NCBI GenBank assembly: GCA_963558185.1
Contig: CAUWFE010000004.1
Coordinates: 2,395-66,394 of the forward strand
Source of the DNA: an uncultured Clostridia bacterium
GTDB lineage: Bacteria > Bacillota > Clostridia > TANB77 > CAG-508
Direction: 5' to 3'
Length of the DNA: 64,000 bases
Part shown: in pieces, positions 28,493 to 39,700 of the stretch
Layout of the letters: every line of letters begins with the position of its first letter
Position numbering within the stretch: the stretch's first letter is position 1
Program-made: the position numbers and the translations under genes
Notes under the pieces: model-generated
Databases searched by the model: none
What the model was told of the DNA's origin: nothing
The model's input: only the letters and a program-made list of their open reading frames with translations

Positions 28493-29824
28493 ATGGAACT
28501 AGGAAAAGTGCCACCACATGATACAGAAGCAGAGCAAGCTGTTATTGGAAGTATGTTAACAGATAAAGATGCTATAATATCAGCAATAGAAGTGCTAAAA
28601 GAAGATTATTTTTATAGAGAAGATAACAAAATAATTTTTTCTGCCATTGTAAATTTATATAATCGTTCAGAGCCAGTTGATATCATTACTGTAAAATCGG
28701 AATTATCTTCTATTGGAAAGTTAGAAGCAGTAGGAGGGCTAGAATATTTAGCAGAACTTCCAGAAAAAGTACCTACTACAGCAAACGTAGAAAAATATAT
28801 AAAAATAGTAGAAGAAAAGGCAATTTTAAGAAATCTTATAAAAACAGCAAATGATATAATAAGCATGGGGTATGATGAAACACAAGAAGTTGATACAATA
28901 ATGGACCAAGCAGAAAAGAAAATTTTTGATACTATACAATCAAGAAATCAAACTGGATATAGTTCTATAAAAGATATTTTAGTAGATACATTTATAGAAT
29001 TAGAACAGTTATATAATCAAAAACAACACGTAACAGGAATCACAACAGGCTTTATAGATTTAGACGAAAAAACAGCAGGACTTCACAATTCAGATTTAAT
29101 ATTAGTAGCTGCAAGACCAGCAATGGGAAAATCAGCATTTGCAATTAATTTAGCTACAAATGCAGCATTAAAAGGAAATGTAGGAGTCGCATACTTTAGT
29201 TTAGAAATGTCTAAAGAGCAGGTAACAAGTAGAATTTTATGTAGTGAAGCTATGGTAGATAGTAATAAAGTAAGAACAGGAACAATAGATGATGAAGAAT
29301 GGACAAAACTTGCAAATGCATCAGGTGAGCTATCAGAAACTAAAATATATATTGATGATACACCAGGTATAAGTATAATGGAAATTAGGGCAAAATGTAG
29401 AAAACTAAAATTAGAAAAAGACATAGGATTAGTTGTAATTGATTATTTACAATTAGTACAAGGGTCAGGAAAACGAGGAGCAAGCCGTGAACAAGAAATT
29501 GCAGAAATAAGTAGGTCTTTAAAAATTTTAGCAAAAGAAATAAATGTACCAGTAATTGCTTTATCACAGCTATCAAGAGCTCCAGAGCAACGTCCAGACC
29601 ATAGACCTATGTTATCAGACCTTCGTGAATCTGGTTCTATAGAACAAGATGCTGATATTGTTATATTTTTATATCGTGATGACTATTATAATGAAGATAG
29701 CGAAAAAAAGAATATAGCAGAAGTAATACTTGCAAAACACCGTGGAGGTTCTACAGGTACAGTAGAATTATTATGGCTTGGAAATTATACAAAATTTGCA
29801 AATATAGAAAAATATAGAGATTAA
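28493..29824 (+). CDS. dnaB: Replicative DNA helicase
   Basis: PPHDTEAEQAVIGSML N-terminus, Walker A ARPAMGKSAFA, IDYLQL, and SQLSRAPEQRPDHRPMLSDLRESGSIEQDAD. Confidence 0.9.
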   Translation: MELGKVPPHDTEAEQAVIGSMLTDKDAIISAIEVLKEDYFYREDNKIIFSAIVNLYNRSEPVDIITVKSELSSIGKLEAVGGLEYLAELPEKVPTTANVEKYIKIVEEKAILRNLIKTANDIISMGYDETQEVDTIMDQAEKKIFDTIQSRNQTGYSSIKDILVDTFIELEQLYNQKQHVTGITTGFIDLDEKTAGLHNSDLILVAARPAMGKSAFAINLATNAALKGNVGVAYFSLEMSKEQVTSRILCSEAMVDSNKVRTGTIDDEEWTKLANASGELSETKIYIDDTPGISIMEIRAKCRKLKLEKDIGLVVIDYLQLVQGSGKRGASREQEIAEISRSLKILAKEINVPVIALSQLSRAPEQRPDHRPMLSDLRESGSIEQDADIVIFLYRDDYYNEDSEKKNIAEVILAKHRGGSTGTVELLWLGNYTKFANIEKYRD

Positions 29825-29848
29825 TTTTCCACATAAAAGGAGTAAAAT

Positions 29849-30898
29849 GTGAATAAACAATTAAGTAAAAGAGCAATACTCGAAAAAGATATAGTAAAAA
29901 AAGTGAATAATACAATTAAAAAGTATGAAATGATACAAAATGGAGATACTATTATTGTAGGTGTTTCTGGCGGGCCTGATTCTATGGCCCTTTTACACAT
30001 TTTATGGAAAATGCAAAAAGAGAATCATTTTACATTAGTAGTAGCACATTTTAATCATTGCATTAGAAAAGAAGCTGATGAAGAAACAAAATATGTAGAA
30101 GAATTTTGTAAATCCCATGAAATTCTTTGCTATATAAAAAAACAAGATGTAGTAAAATATGCTAAAGAGCATAAAATAGGAACAGAAGAAGCTGGTAGAA
30201 AGCTACGTTATGCATTTTTTGAAGAAGTAGCACAAAAACAACATACAAAGAACATAAAAATAGCAACAGCACATCAAGCAAATGATAATGCAGAAACAGT
30301 ATTTATGAATATATTAAGAGGAACCGGAACATCAGGATTAAAGGGAATAGAGCCTATTAGAGATAATTATTATATACGACCACTTATATATGTACAAAGG
30401 AATGAAATTGAAGAATACTGTGATAGAGAAAAATTATTTCCTAAATTAGATAGTTCAAATAAAGAAAATAAATATACAAGAAATAAAGTACGAAATTTAT
30501 TATTTCCATTCATAGAGCAAAACTTTGATACTAATATAGTAAATGCATGTAATAGAATGTCACAAATTTGTATGGAAGAAAATGAGTACATAGAAAATAT
30601 TGCAAAAAATGAATTAAATAAAATACAAGAAAACTTAGGGAATGACGAGTTACAAGGTAAAAATGATGTAATTTTATCATTAAAAAAGTTTAATAGTGAA
30701 GAAAAAGTTTTGCAAAAAAGAATAATAGTACTAGCAATATCTAAAGTGTTAGGGAATAGCCAAGAAATTGCAAAAATTAATATAGAAGATATAGTAACAA
30801 TGTGCAATAAAGCTATAGGAAATAAATATATAATGCCAAATAAATACATAAAAATAAAAATACAAGATAAAAAAATTTTTTTCGAAAAGATAAAATAA
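29849..30898 (+). CDS. tilS: tRNA(Ile)-lysidine synthase (short form, 349 aa)
   Basis: PP-loop VGVSGGPDSMALLH, then HFNHCIR and AHQANDNAET. GTG start after AAGGAG. Confidence 0.8.
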   Translation: MNKQLSKRAILEKDIVKKVNNTIKKYEMIQNGDTIIVGVSGGPDSMALLHILWKMQKENHFTLVVAHFNHCIRKEADEETKYVEEFCKSHEILCYIKKQDVVKYAKEHKIGTEEAGRKLRYAFFEEVAQKQHTKNIKIATAHQANDNAETVFMNILRGTGTSGLKGIEPIRDNYYIRPLIYVQRNEIEEYCDREKLFPKLDSSNKENKYTRNKVRNLLFPFIEQNFDTNIVNACNRMSQICMEENEYIENIAKNELNKIQENLGNDELQGKNDVILSLKKFNSEEKVLQKRIIVLAISKVLGNSQEIAKINIEDIVTMCNKAIGNKYIMPNKYIKIKIQDKKIFFEKIK

Positions 30899-30970
30899 AG
30901 GTAACGTAACGTTCCGTAGCTGAAACGCTTATATATCAGTATATCCGACAAAAAAACTTAAAAAAATCTA

Positions 30971-30999
30971 TTGCAAAACAAAGTAATATGTGTTATATT
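30971..30999 (+). promoter_or_regulatory. Sigma-A-type promoter for ftsH
   Basis: TTGCAA at 30971-30976, a 17-nt spacer with TGn, and TATATT at 30994-30999. Confidence 0.55.
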
Positions 31000-31045
31000 T
31001 CAAAGGTAAATGAAAAGGAAAAAAATACCATAAGGAGGAAAAATT

Positions 31046-32851
31046 TTGAAAAGTAGTATTAAAACTATAGCTATGTGGCTTATAATATTAGTAATAGCCA
31101 TTGTAGTAGTAACATCAATATTAGAAAATAGTGATAACAAATTGGCATACTCAGATTTAGTAGCCAAAATTGAAGCAGGAGAAGTAAAAGAAGTTGAGAT
31201 TGAAGCAGATGGTAAAAAAGCAACAGTAACATTAAAAAATGAAAATTTACCAAAAACAGTTAATATTCCAAGTATGGATAACTTAATGGAAGTTGCATCA
31301 GATTCTATGAAAGCAGGAACTATTAGCATAACAGAAAAATCAGAATCTTTCTTTATTGTTCTATTAAGTTTATTAACTCCATTTGGTATATTAATTATCT
31401 TCTTATTATTCTGGTTCTTCTTAATGTCAGGAAGCCAAGGTGGAGCTGGAAGTAAAACAATGACTTTTGGAAAAAGTAAAGCAAAAGTAATAAATCCACA
31501 AGATAAAGCAAAAGTTACATTTAAAGATGTAGCAGGTGTAGACGAAGAAAAAGAAGAATTAGAAGAAATAGTAGAATTCTTAAAAAATCCAAAGAAATTC
31601 ACAGATATGGGTGCTAGAATTCCAAAAGGAGTTTTATTAGTAGGTCAACCAGGAACAGGTAAAACATTACTTGCTAAAGCAGTAGCAGGAGAAGCAGGGG
31701 TACCATTCTTTATAATCAGTGGTTCTGACTTTGTAGAAATGTTTGTTGGTGTTGGTGCTTCACGTGTAAGAGATTTATTTGAAGAAGCAAAGAAAAAGGC
31801 ACCATGTATAATATTTATAGATGAAATAGATGCAGTTGGACGTCAAAGAGGAGCAGGCCTTGGTGGTGGCCATGATGAAAGAGAGCAAACTCTAAACCAA
31901 TTATTAGTTGAAATGGATGGATTTGCAGAAAATGAAGGCGTAATTGTACTTGCAGCAACTAACAGACCAGATATCTTAGACAAAGCCTTATTAAGACCAG
32001 GAAGATTTGACAGACAAATAGTAGTAGGAGCTCCAGATGTTAAAGCAAGAGAGCAAATATTAGAAGTACACTCAAGAAGAAAAAGACTTGCTGATGATGT
32101 TGATTTAAGAGTAATAGCAAAAAATACATCAGGATTTGCAGGAGCAGATTTAGAGAATATATTAAATGAAGCAGCATTACTTGCAGCAAGACGAAACTTA
32201 ATGGAAATTGGAGAACGTGAGATAGAAGATGCTATGGTTAAAGTAACTATGGGACCTGAAAAAAGAACAAGAGTTAGAAGTGAAAAAGAAAATAAACTTG
32301 TAGCATATCATGAAGCAGGTCATGCAGTAGTAAGTAGATTTTTACCAACACAAGATCCAGTACATGAAATATCAATTGTACCAAGAGGAATGGCAGGAGG
32401 ATACACAATGTATCGTCCAACAGAAGATAAAAACTTTATGTCAAAATCAGAAATGGAAGAAAATATTATTTCTTTATTAGGCGGAAGAGTAGCAGAACAA
32501 TTAATACTAAATGATGTATCTACTGGAGCTAGCAATGATATTGAAAGAGCAACTAAAATAGCAAAAGGTATGGTAACAAAATATGGTATGAGTGATAGAA
32601 TAGGAACAATATTGTTAGGTTCAAATCAAGAAGAAGTATTTATAGGAAGAGACTTTGCACAAGCAAAAGAATACTCAGAAGAAACAGCTGGAATTATAGA
32701 TGAAGAAGTAAAAAGAATTATTGATACAGCATATAATAGAGCAGCTCAAATCTTAAGTGATAATATAGACAAATTACACGCAGTGGCTAAAATATTATTA
32801 GAAAAAGAAAAAATTACAGGAGAAGAATTTGACAAAATATTTGGAAACTAA
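31046..32851 (+). CDS. ftsH: ATP-dependent zinc metalloprotease FtsH
   Basis: Two TM helices, AAA Walker [25 protein letters not shown], and the protease motif [11 protein letters not shown] start after AAGGAGG. Confidence 0.95.
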   Translation: MKSSIKTIAMWLIILVIAIVVVTSILENSDNKLAYSDLVAKIEAGEVKEVEIEADGKKATVTLKNENLPKTVNIPSMDNLMEVASDSMKAGTISITEKSESFFIVLLSLLTPFGILIIFLLFWFFLMSGSQGGAGSKTMTFGKSKAKVINPQDKAKVTFKDVAGVDEEKEELEEIVEFLKNPKKFTDMGARIPKGVLLVGQPGTGKTLLAKAVAGEAGVPFFIISGSDFVEMFVGVGASRVRDLFEEAKKKAPCIIFIDEIDAVGRQRGAGLGGGHDEREQTLNQLLVEMDGFAENEGVIVLAATNRPDILDKALLRPGRFDRQIVVGAPDVKAREQILEVHSRRKRLADDVDLRVIAKNTSGFAGADLENILNEAALLAARRNLMEIGEREIEDAMVKVTMGPEKRTRVRSEKENKLVAYHEAGHAVVSRFLPTQDPVHEISIVPRGMAGGYTMYRPTEDKNFMSKSEMEENIISLLGGRVAEQLILNDVSTGASNDIERATKIAKGMVTKYGMSDRIGTILLGSNQEEVFIGRDFAQAKEYSEETAGIIDEEVKRIIDTAYNRAAQILSDNIDKLHAVAKILLEKEKITGEEFDKIFGN

Positions 32852-32909
32852 CTTTATAAAAAATAAAAGTCAAGAGGAGAAAAAGCCTTTTACTAAATTA
32901 AATAACCTA

Positions 32910-32945
32910 AATAAGCTTGCATCTAATTGATGCAAGCTTATTATA
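32910..32945 (+). terminator. Rho-independent terminator after ftsH
   Basis: taagcttgcatc (32912-32923) pairs perfectly with gatgcaagctta (32929-32940), followed by ttataatt. Confidence 0.7.
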
Positions 32946-33025
32946 ATTAGAGGAATTACCATATTAATAAAGAAACAATAAGTTTAAAAAACTAAAATTA
33001 TACATTGAGAAAGGCGGAAATTAAA

Positions 33026-34231
33026 ATGAAAAAATTTGAATTAGTATCAGCAAATCCACAAAATAAAAAATGGGATAACATAATAAAAAGAGAACAGCAA
33101 ATGTATAAAAGACAAGAAGATTTGCGTTCAGAATTTGAAAGAGATGCCAATAGAATTAGCCATTGTAACGGATATAAAAGATTAAAAAATAAAACACAGG
33201 TATTTTTTGCCCCAACAAATGACCATATTTGTACTCGAAGTGAACATGTAATTCATGTAGACAATATTAGTTATACAATAGCAAATTACTTAGGATTAAA
33301 CACAGAATTGACAAAAGCAATAGCTATTGCACATGACATAGGACATACACCTTTTGGACATGAGGGTGAACGAATATTATCAAAAATTTCTGAAGAAAAA
33401 TTAGGAAAGACGATATGGCATGAAAAAAATGGCTTGCATTTTGTAGATGACATAGAATTACTAGAAGATACTGAAGGCAAGATGAAAAACCTTAATCTTA
33501 CATATGCAGTAAGAGATGGAATAATATCACATTGTGGTGAAATAGATGAAAATAGTGTATATCCAAGAGAAGAAGTAATTGATTTAAATAATGATTATAC
33601 TAAACCAAATGAATATATGCCATATACATGGGAAGCTTGTGTTGTAAAAGTAGTAGATAAAATATCATATATAGGAAGAGATATAGAAGATGCTATCAGA
33701 TTAAATATTTTAACAAAAGATAAATTAGAAGAATTGAATAATATTCTAAAAAACTTTAATAATAAATTAAACAATACAAATATTATACATGAACTTGTAT
33801 ATGATATTTGCACAAACAGCTCAATTGAAAATGGTATATGTTTTACAAAAGAAAAATTAGAACTATTAGATACTATAAAAAGATTTAATTACAAAAATAT
33901 ATATAAAAATGAAAGAATTGAGCCATCAAGAGATTATTTTAATTTAGTAATAAATCAAATTTTTAATACATTATATAATTTTTATGATGGAATGGATACA
34001 CATAATAAGCTAAAACAAAAAATGTATATATATCCTAATATGATAACAGATTTTTTAAGATGGCTTATGAATTATTCAAACCTAAAATCAAGAGAAAACA
34101 CAAATTTAGAAAATAAAGTATTATATAATTTAGAAAATGAAAAAGATTACATACAAGCAATTATAGATTATATTGCAGGTATGACAGATAAATTTGCAAT
34201 GGAATGTTATACTGAAATAATTAGCTTTTAA
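33026..34231 (+). CDS. dGTPase-like HD-domain triphosphohydrolase (Dgt family)
   Basis: RSEFERDANRISHCNGYKRLKNKTQVF, the HD region IAHDIGHTPFGHEGE, and C-terminal DYIAGMTDKFA. The ATG at 33026 is preferred over the TTG at 33005. Confidence 0.75.
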   Translation: MKKFELVSANPQNKKWDNIIKREQQMYKRQEDLRSEFERDANRISHCNGYKRLKNKTQVFFAPTNDHICTRSEHVIHVDNISYTIANYLGLNTELTKAIAIAHDIGHTPFGHEGERILSKISEEKLGKTIWHEKNGLHFVDDIELLEDTEGKMKNLNLTYAVRDGIISHCGEIDENSVYPREEVIDLNNDYTKPNEYMPYTWEACVVKVVDKISYIGRDIEDAIRLNILTKDKLEELNNILKNFNNKLNNTNIIHELVYDICTNSSIENGICFTKEKLELLDTIKRFNYKNIYKNERIEPSRDYFNLVINQIFNTLYNFYDGMDTHNKLKQKMYIYPNMITDFLRWLMNYSNLKSRENTNLENKVLYNLENEKDYIQAIIDYIAGMTDKFAMECYTEIISF

Positions 34232-34248
34232 GTAAAGGAGGAAAAAAT

Positions 34249-35023
34249 ATGTTAGCACTTATTACACGGAGCTTCTTCAGGAATAGGGCGAGATATGGCT
34301 AAATATTTATATAAACTTGGATATGATATTATAATTACAGCAAGAGAAGAAGGAAAATTAGAAGAATTAAAAAGTGAATTACAAATGACAAATAATTCAC
34401 AAATAGTGCATGTAATAACAGCTGATTTAAGTGATGAAAAGCAAGTACTAAATTTATATGAAGAAATAAGAAATAAATTTAAAAATATAGATGTAGTAAT
34501 AAACAATGCTGGTTTTGGACTATTTGGAAAATTTGTACAAACCGACTTACAAACTGAATTAAATATGATACACACAAATGTAATTGCAGTTCATATGTTA
34601 ACAAAATTATTTTTGCAAGATATGGTATTAAAAGATAGTGGAAGAATATTAAATGTAGCATCAGTAGCTGGATTTATGCCAGGGCCACTAATGACAACAT
34701 ATTATTCAACTAAAAATTATGTATTTCGTATGTCTGAAGCAATAAATAAAGAACTAAAAAAGATGAATTCAAATGTAAAAATAAGTGTATTATGCCCAGG
34801 ACCAGTAAATACTAATTTTAATAATGTGGCAAAAGTAAAATTTAATTTAAGGCAAGCATCAAGTGAAAAAATAGCTAAATATGCAATAGATAAAATGCTA
34901 AAAAATAAATTTAAAATAATACCAGGAATCGATATAAAAATAGCAAGATTCGGAAGCAAAATACTGCCAGATTCAATATTAGCAGAAATATGTTATCATA
35001 TGCAAGAAAGAAAAAATAGATAA
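34249..35023 (+). pseudogene. Short-chain dehydrogenase/reductase with a single-base frameshift in the cofactor-binding motif (or an assembly indel)
   Basis: The ATG at 34249 after AGGAGG gives MLALIT, then runs out of frame. Deleting one base at 34266/34267 gives MLALITGASSGIGRDMAKYLYKLG, which continues into the 34295 ORF (NNAG, YYSTK). Confidence 0.8.
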
Positions 35024-35029
35024 ATAAAA

Positions 35030-35086
35030 ATGTAATAAATATGTAACCAAAATGTAATTGAATTAAGACAAAGGTTAATGTATAAT
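35030..35086 (+). promoter_or_regulatory. Promoter cassette copy B: three ATGTAAY heptads plus TTGAAT-17-TATAAT
   Basis: ATGTAAT 35030-35036, ATGTAAC 35041-35047, ATGTAAT 35052-35058. TTGAAT at 35058-35063, a 17-nt spacer, and TATAAT at 35081-35086. Identical at 61 of 66 positions to 6003-6068. Confidence 0.6.
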
Positions 35087-35114
35087 AAATATAGATACGT
35101 ATTAGGAGGGAAAA

Positions 35115-36507
35115 ATGAAAGAAAATAATCAAGGAATAACTTTAATTGCATTAGTAGTTACAATAATAATATTAGTAATATTGGTGTCTGTAAGCATAAC
35201 AATAATTTTAGGGAATAATGGAATAATAAAACAAGCACAACAAGGGGCAGAGTCTATGAAAGAATCAGAGGCGAAGGTAGAATTAGAAATTGCATTGCTA
35301 GAATTGGAATCAGAAAAAATATTAAATGAAAAATATAATCAAAATGAATATATAGATCAATATTTAATACAAAAGAAAATGATCGTGAGAAAAAATATAG
35401 TAATAGTGGATGGAAATTTGAAATAGATAGAAGTGTGCCAAAAATAATAAATTCACTAGGAAAAGAAGATAAAATTGTAGATACAGAAATATATACATTA
35501 GAAGACTTAATAAAATTTGCTCAAGAAGTAAACAATGGTAAAACTTTTGAAGATAAAACAATTAAATTAATGAATGATATAGATTTACAAGGAAATGAAA
35601 ATAATCAATGGGTACCAATAGGAAATGATTCTAACTATTTTGCAGGAATATTTAAAGGAAATAATCATATAATAAATAATCTATATATAAAAGATTCTAA
35701 CAAGGAAAAATTAGCTCTATTTGGAAACTGTAATAATGCACAAGTAGAAAATTTACAAGTAAATGGATATATAAGTGGTGGTAAAAATATAGCAGGAATA
35801 ATAGCTATAGCAGAAGGGACAAATATTATAAATTGTATTAACGGTGTAGAAGTTATAGGTACTGGAAATAATATAGCAGGAATTGTGGCATATGCCAGTA
35901 ATTCATATATTGAAAAATGTATAAATAATGCAAATGTTACAGGTAATGCATCATGTAATGGGGGAATAGCAGCTGTTACAGAAAGTACTGATATTGTAGA
36001 ATGTTGTAATTTAAATGTAATTACAGGAAATGCAGCAATAGGAGGTATAGTTGGACAGGCACATGCTAAACAAGCAAATGCTAAAATAGAATTTTGCTAT
36101 AATATTGGAAGTGTAATTTCAATAAAAGGAAATTCCAACAATAGGGCATATGTTGGAGGAATTCTTGGAATGGCAACTGAAGGTGAAACAGCTATAAATT
36201 ATAGTTATAATATAGGTGATGTACAAAAAAAGTAGCAGAAGCTAAATGCTCTGGTGGAATAATAGGAGGAGTTTCAAAAGAATATGAAACAAAATTAACT
36301 GTTAGGAATGTTTTTACAACTGATGAATCATATAAACCATATTTGAGTTCATCAGAACCTGTATATAGTGGAGTAAATATGGATTTAACGAAAGAACAAT
36401 TAATAAATTGGAATCAAGAAGATATAGATAAATACTTAACAAATAAATTTATAGAAACTACAGATGTAAATTCAGGTTTTCCAATATTAGCATGGCAAAA
36501 TAAATAA
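35115..36507 (+). pseudogene. Pilin-leader GLUG-repeat surface protein broken by two -1 frameshifts at A-tracts (or assembly indels)
   Basis: The N-terminus MKENNQGITLIALVVTIIILVILVSVSITIILGNNG matches the leader of the 6103 gene. The frame continues in the -1 frame after the A4 run at 35371-35374 (...ENDREKKYSNSGWKFEIDRSVPKII...). The middle ORF has GLUG-type repeats (NIAGIIAIAEG, NIAGIVAYASN, NGGIAAVTES, IGGIVGQ, VGGILGMA). After A7 at 36225-36231 the next frame continues KVAEAKCSGGIIGGVSKE...GFPILAWQNK*. Confidence 0.75.
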
Positions 36508-36592
36508 AACCACCTATTCCCTAGTAAAAAGCCCCAAATATTACAAAAAAAAGACAAATTATTACAAAAATGTAATATAAAATTAAAAAAAC

Positions 36593-36640
36593 TTGAGAAG
36601 TGAAGAACCGTAAAGGAACATCACTTCTCAAATTTTTTAA
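36593..36640 (+). terminator. Rho-independent terminator after the GLUG gene
   Basis: ttgagaagtga (36593-36603) pairs with tcacttctcaa (36621-36631), followed by attttttaa. Confidence 0.7.
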
Positions 36641-36729
36641 GAAAAATTTACCATTGTATTAAAATATATAAGATGCTAAAATTTATATATATATTAATTT
36701 TTATAGGTAAAAAAGGAGCATAAACAAAT

Positions 36730-39700
36730 ATGAAAAAAACTAGAATTTTATTTTGTATTATAATTATTAGCATTTTAATATTTATAATTGGTGGAACAAT
36801 TGTAAATTCTATGCAAGTAGTTAGTTTACAAACAAGACAGCAACCAGTTATAGATATTGTTTTAACAAAAAATAAATCTAAAGTAGATATATCTAACTTT
36901 GAAAAAGATTTAAAGGCAGAGCTTGAAAAACAAAATATAGATCCAGAAAAAGTAAATGTACAAGAAATACAAACAGAGGACTTTTCAAGCAATTCAGCAG
37001 ATGCAGCAGATATACTAAATAACTGGGGTAGAGTGGGCTATCCAGGAGATTGGCATTATTCAGGAAATGAAGTAATAAACAGAGAAAATACTAATGATTT
37101 AACAGGTTTTTATTATCCTGATAATTTTGGATTTGATGATATAGATTTTTCATATGAGAATATGAGTGATAATTCTGATGATGATATAATGGGATCAATG
37201 TTTAGATTTAATGTAAATGAAAACGGAACTGTAACCACATATTTGTTACTATTAAATAAAAGAGATAATAGTGGAGGATTTAATTATGAAAATGGATTAT
37301 ATAAAATTACAAATAATCAATTTTCATTATCAAACCTACAATTATTACAAAAAACAAATGCAACATGGACTAGAAATACATGGTCTAAATACCATATATT
37401 AGCAAAGGGAAATAACATAAAAGTATATCAAAATGATAACTTAATTATAGATTACACAGATCCAGATCCTATATATACAGGTTCATATGGAATATTTTCA
37501 TGTAGCCAACCATATGCAAGATATAGAAATATAGGCTTAACGGTCACAAACTATAAAAATTTCTTAGAAGTATTACAACAAGCTAAATGGAAAGATGATG
37601 CATTAAGATTAATAGTAAATGTAGAAGATAAAATAAATAAAGATTTAGAAGATGAAGGAGTTTTAAGTCAAGCAATATCTAGATTTTTAAGTCAAGATAT
37701 TCATTATGTGGGATGGGGAACTTCTGAAAATGCAGAACAAATACAAAATATAGTAAACAAAAATGATAATAAAGGAACATTTATAGAAAATATAAATTAT
37801 GAACAAGCAATACAAGAAACAGTAAAATACATAAAAAGCTTATTAGAATCATATCCAACAAATCAAAATTTAATAATAAATGAACCTATAGATATGCAAG
37901 TAACACCAGAAAATTTAAAAAATAATACAATAAATGCAGCATATCCAAATGGAAGATGGAAAGCAATCCATAATGAAAATTTCTATGAAAATAGTAATGG
38001 AAAATATATAAATAGTGGAAACTTTCAAGATGCAATAATGGAAGAATTTGAAAATGTAGGAAAATATGATATATATTTTGAAAACCAATTAATAAAAGAA
38101 TTATATTTACATAGAAGACCAATAGCAATAATAACAAGTAAAATAGAAAATGGTAAAATTACACTAAGTTCAGAAAAATCATATGATTTAGATAGACAAT
38201 CAGCATATAATGGAATATCAGAGGAAAAATGGTTTTATAAAAAAGTAGAAGATAAAGAATGGACAGAAGGAAAATTAGAAACAATACAAGAGGGAGAAAA
38301 TTATTTAGTAAAGCTTATAGTAAAAGATCATCAAGATACATGGAGTAAAGATGCAGTACAATATATATCAACAAGTGCAACAAAACCTATTGCTCAATTT
38401 GAAGTTGTAAAAAGTGAAATTACTGTATATGAAAATTTACAATTAATAGATACTTCATATGATCCAGTAGGTAAAGCAATAGTAGAACATAATTGGAAAT
38501 TATATAAAGGAAAAGATGAAATATATAGTGGACAAGAAGCACCTGTTAACTATCAACAATATGGAGAAGGAACATATAGAATAGTATTAAAAGTAAAAAA
38601 TGTAGATGGACTTGAATCAGATGCATTTGAAAGAGAAATTACAGTTCAAGAAGATAAAATAGCGCCTAAAGTGCATGTAGAACCTTCTGAACAAAGAAAT
38701 ATGCATGAAAATATTTCTGTAAATTTAAGTTTTATAGATATAGGTGGTAGTGGATTTAAGTCATATAAATATGCAATAACAAATGATAAAAATGCAAATG
38801 TAGAATATAGTGATTGGATTAATAATATAAATGATACAATTAAAATTAATCAAAGTGGGGCGAATTATTTACATATAAAAACTGTAGACAATGCAGGAAA
38901 TGAAAGCGAAGATTTAGTGTTTGGTCCATATACAATAGAAGAAGAAAGAATTCCAATACAAATTAATGCTGTTGATAAAGAAGACAATAGTGTAAAACTA
39001 GGAGGTTTACAATTCGAAATAGTTGAACCAAAAGTAAATGAACAAGAAGAAGACAAAAGAATAAATTATGAAACAGATGAAAATGGAAAAGCAGATGGTT
39101 TAATAGATGTAATGAAAACAAATGGTAAATACACATATATTTTGAAAGAAGTAAATACACCTAGTAGTTACAATTCTATAGGAGAAACAAGCTTAACAGT
39201 AGATATACAAAATGGAAAAATAGTATTTATAAACAGTAGTAATCCAAATGTTCAAGCAGAAATTACAGCAGACTATAAAATAAATATAATATGTAAATAC
39301 GCAAAAGTAGAAAAACCTTTTTATAATTTTGTAATACACACAATAGATAAAAATAGTGAAAGTATAAAAGTAAAAGATGCAAAATATAATGTAGAAGTGT
39401 ATTCAAACAATTCAGAAATAATAAAAAAAGAACTTGTAACAAATCAAGATGGTATAGCACAAATAGATAAATTAGCAGGAAGTGGAGAAATCAGTTTCGT
39501 AATCAATCAAATAGCTACAAATAATGGATATAAAATTCAAGGTAATGAAATTGTAGTTACAATAAATAGAGATAAAAATACAAATAAAATTTCTGGAGTT
39601 GCAAATAAAACAAGTAAAAATGCAGAAGTATATATAGACAATAAAAGACAAGAAATTAGTCTAGTTATAGCAAATGACAAAAAGGTAGAAAAAAATGCCA

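Noticed and set aside
30370-31602. Antisense ORFs of 193 aa (30370-30951) and 200 aa (31000-31602) opposite tilS and ftsH. Similar ones lie opposite minD (48890-49393), the AI-2E gene (16406-16945), DUF368, rpoC and dnaB.
   Set aside because: They lie fully within well-supported conserved genes on the other strand and have Ser/Phe/Ile-rich compositions typical of antisense frames. There are no start signals.
36540-36576. ATTACA...ATTACAaaaaTGTAAT palindrome between the GLUG gene stop and its terminator, considered as a possible third copy of the ATGTAAT regulatory motif.
   Set aside because: Only isolated hexamers are present. These are expected many times by chance in this AT-rich DNA. The 11-bp phased triple array and the TTGAAT-17-TATAAT promoter are absent, and the location is upstream of a terminator rather than a gene start.
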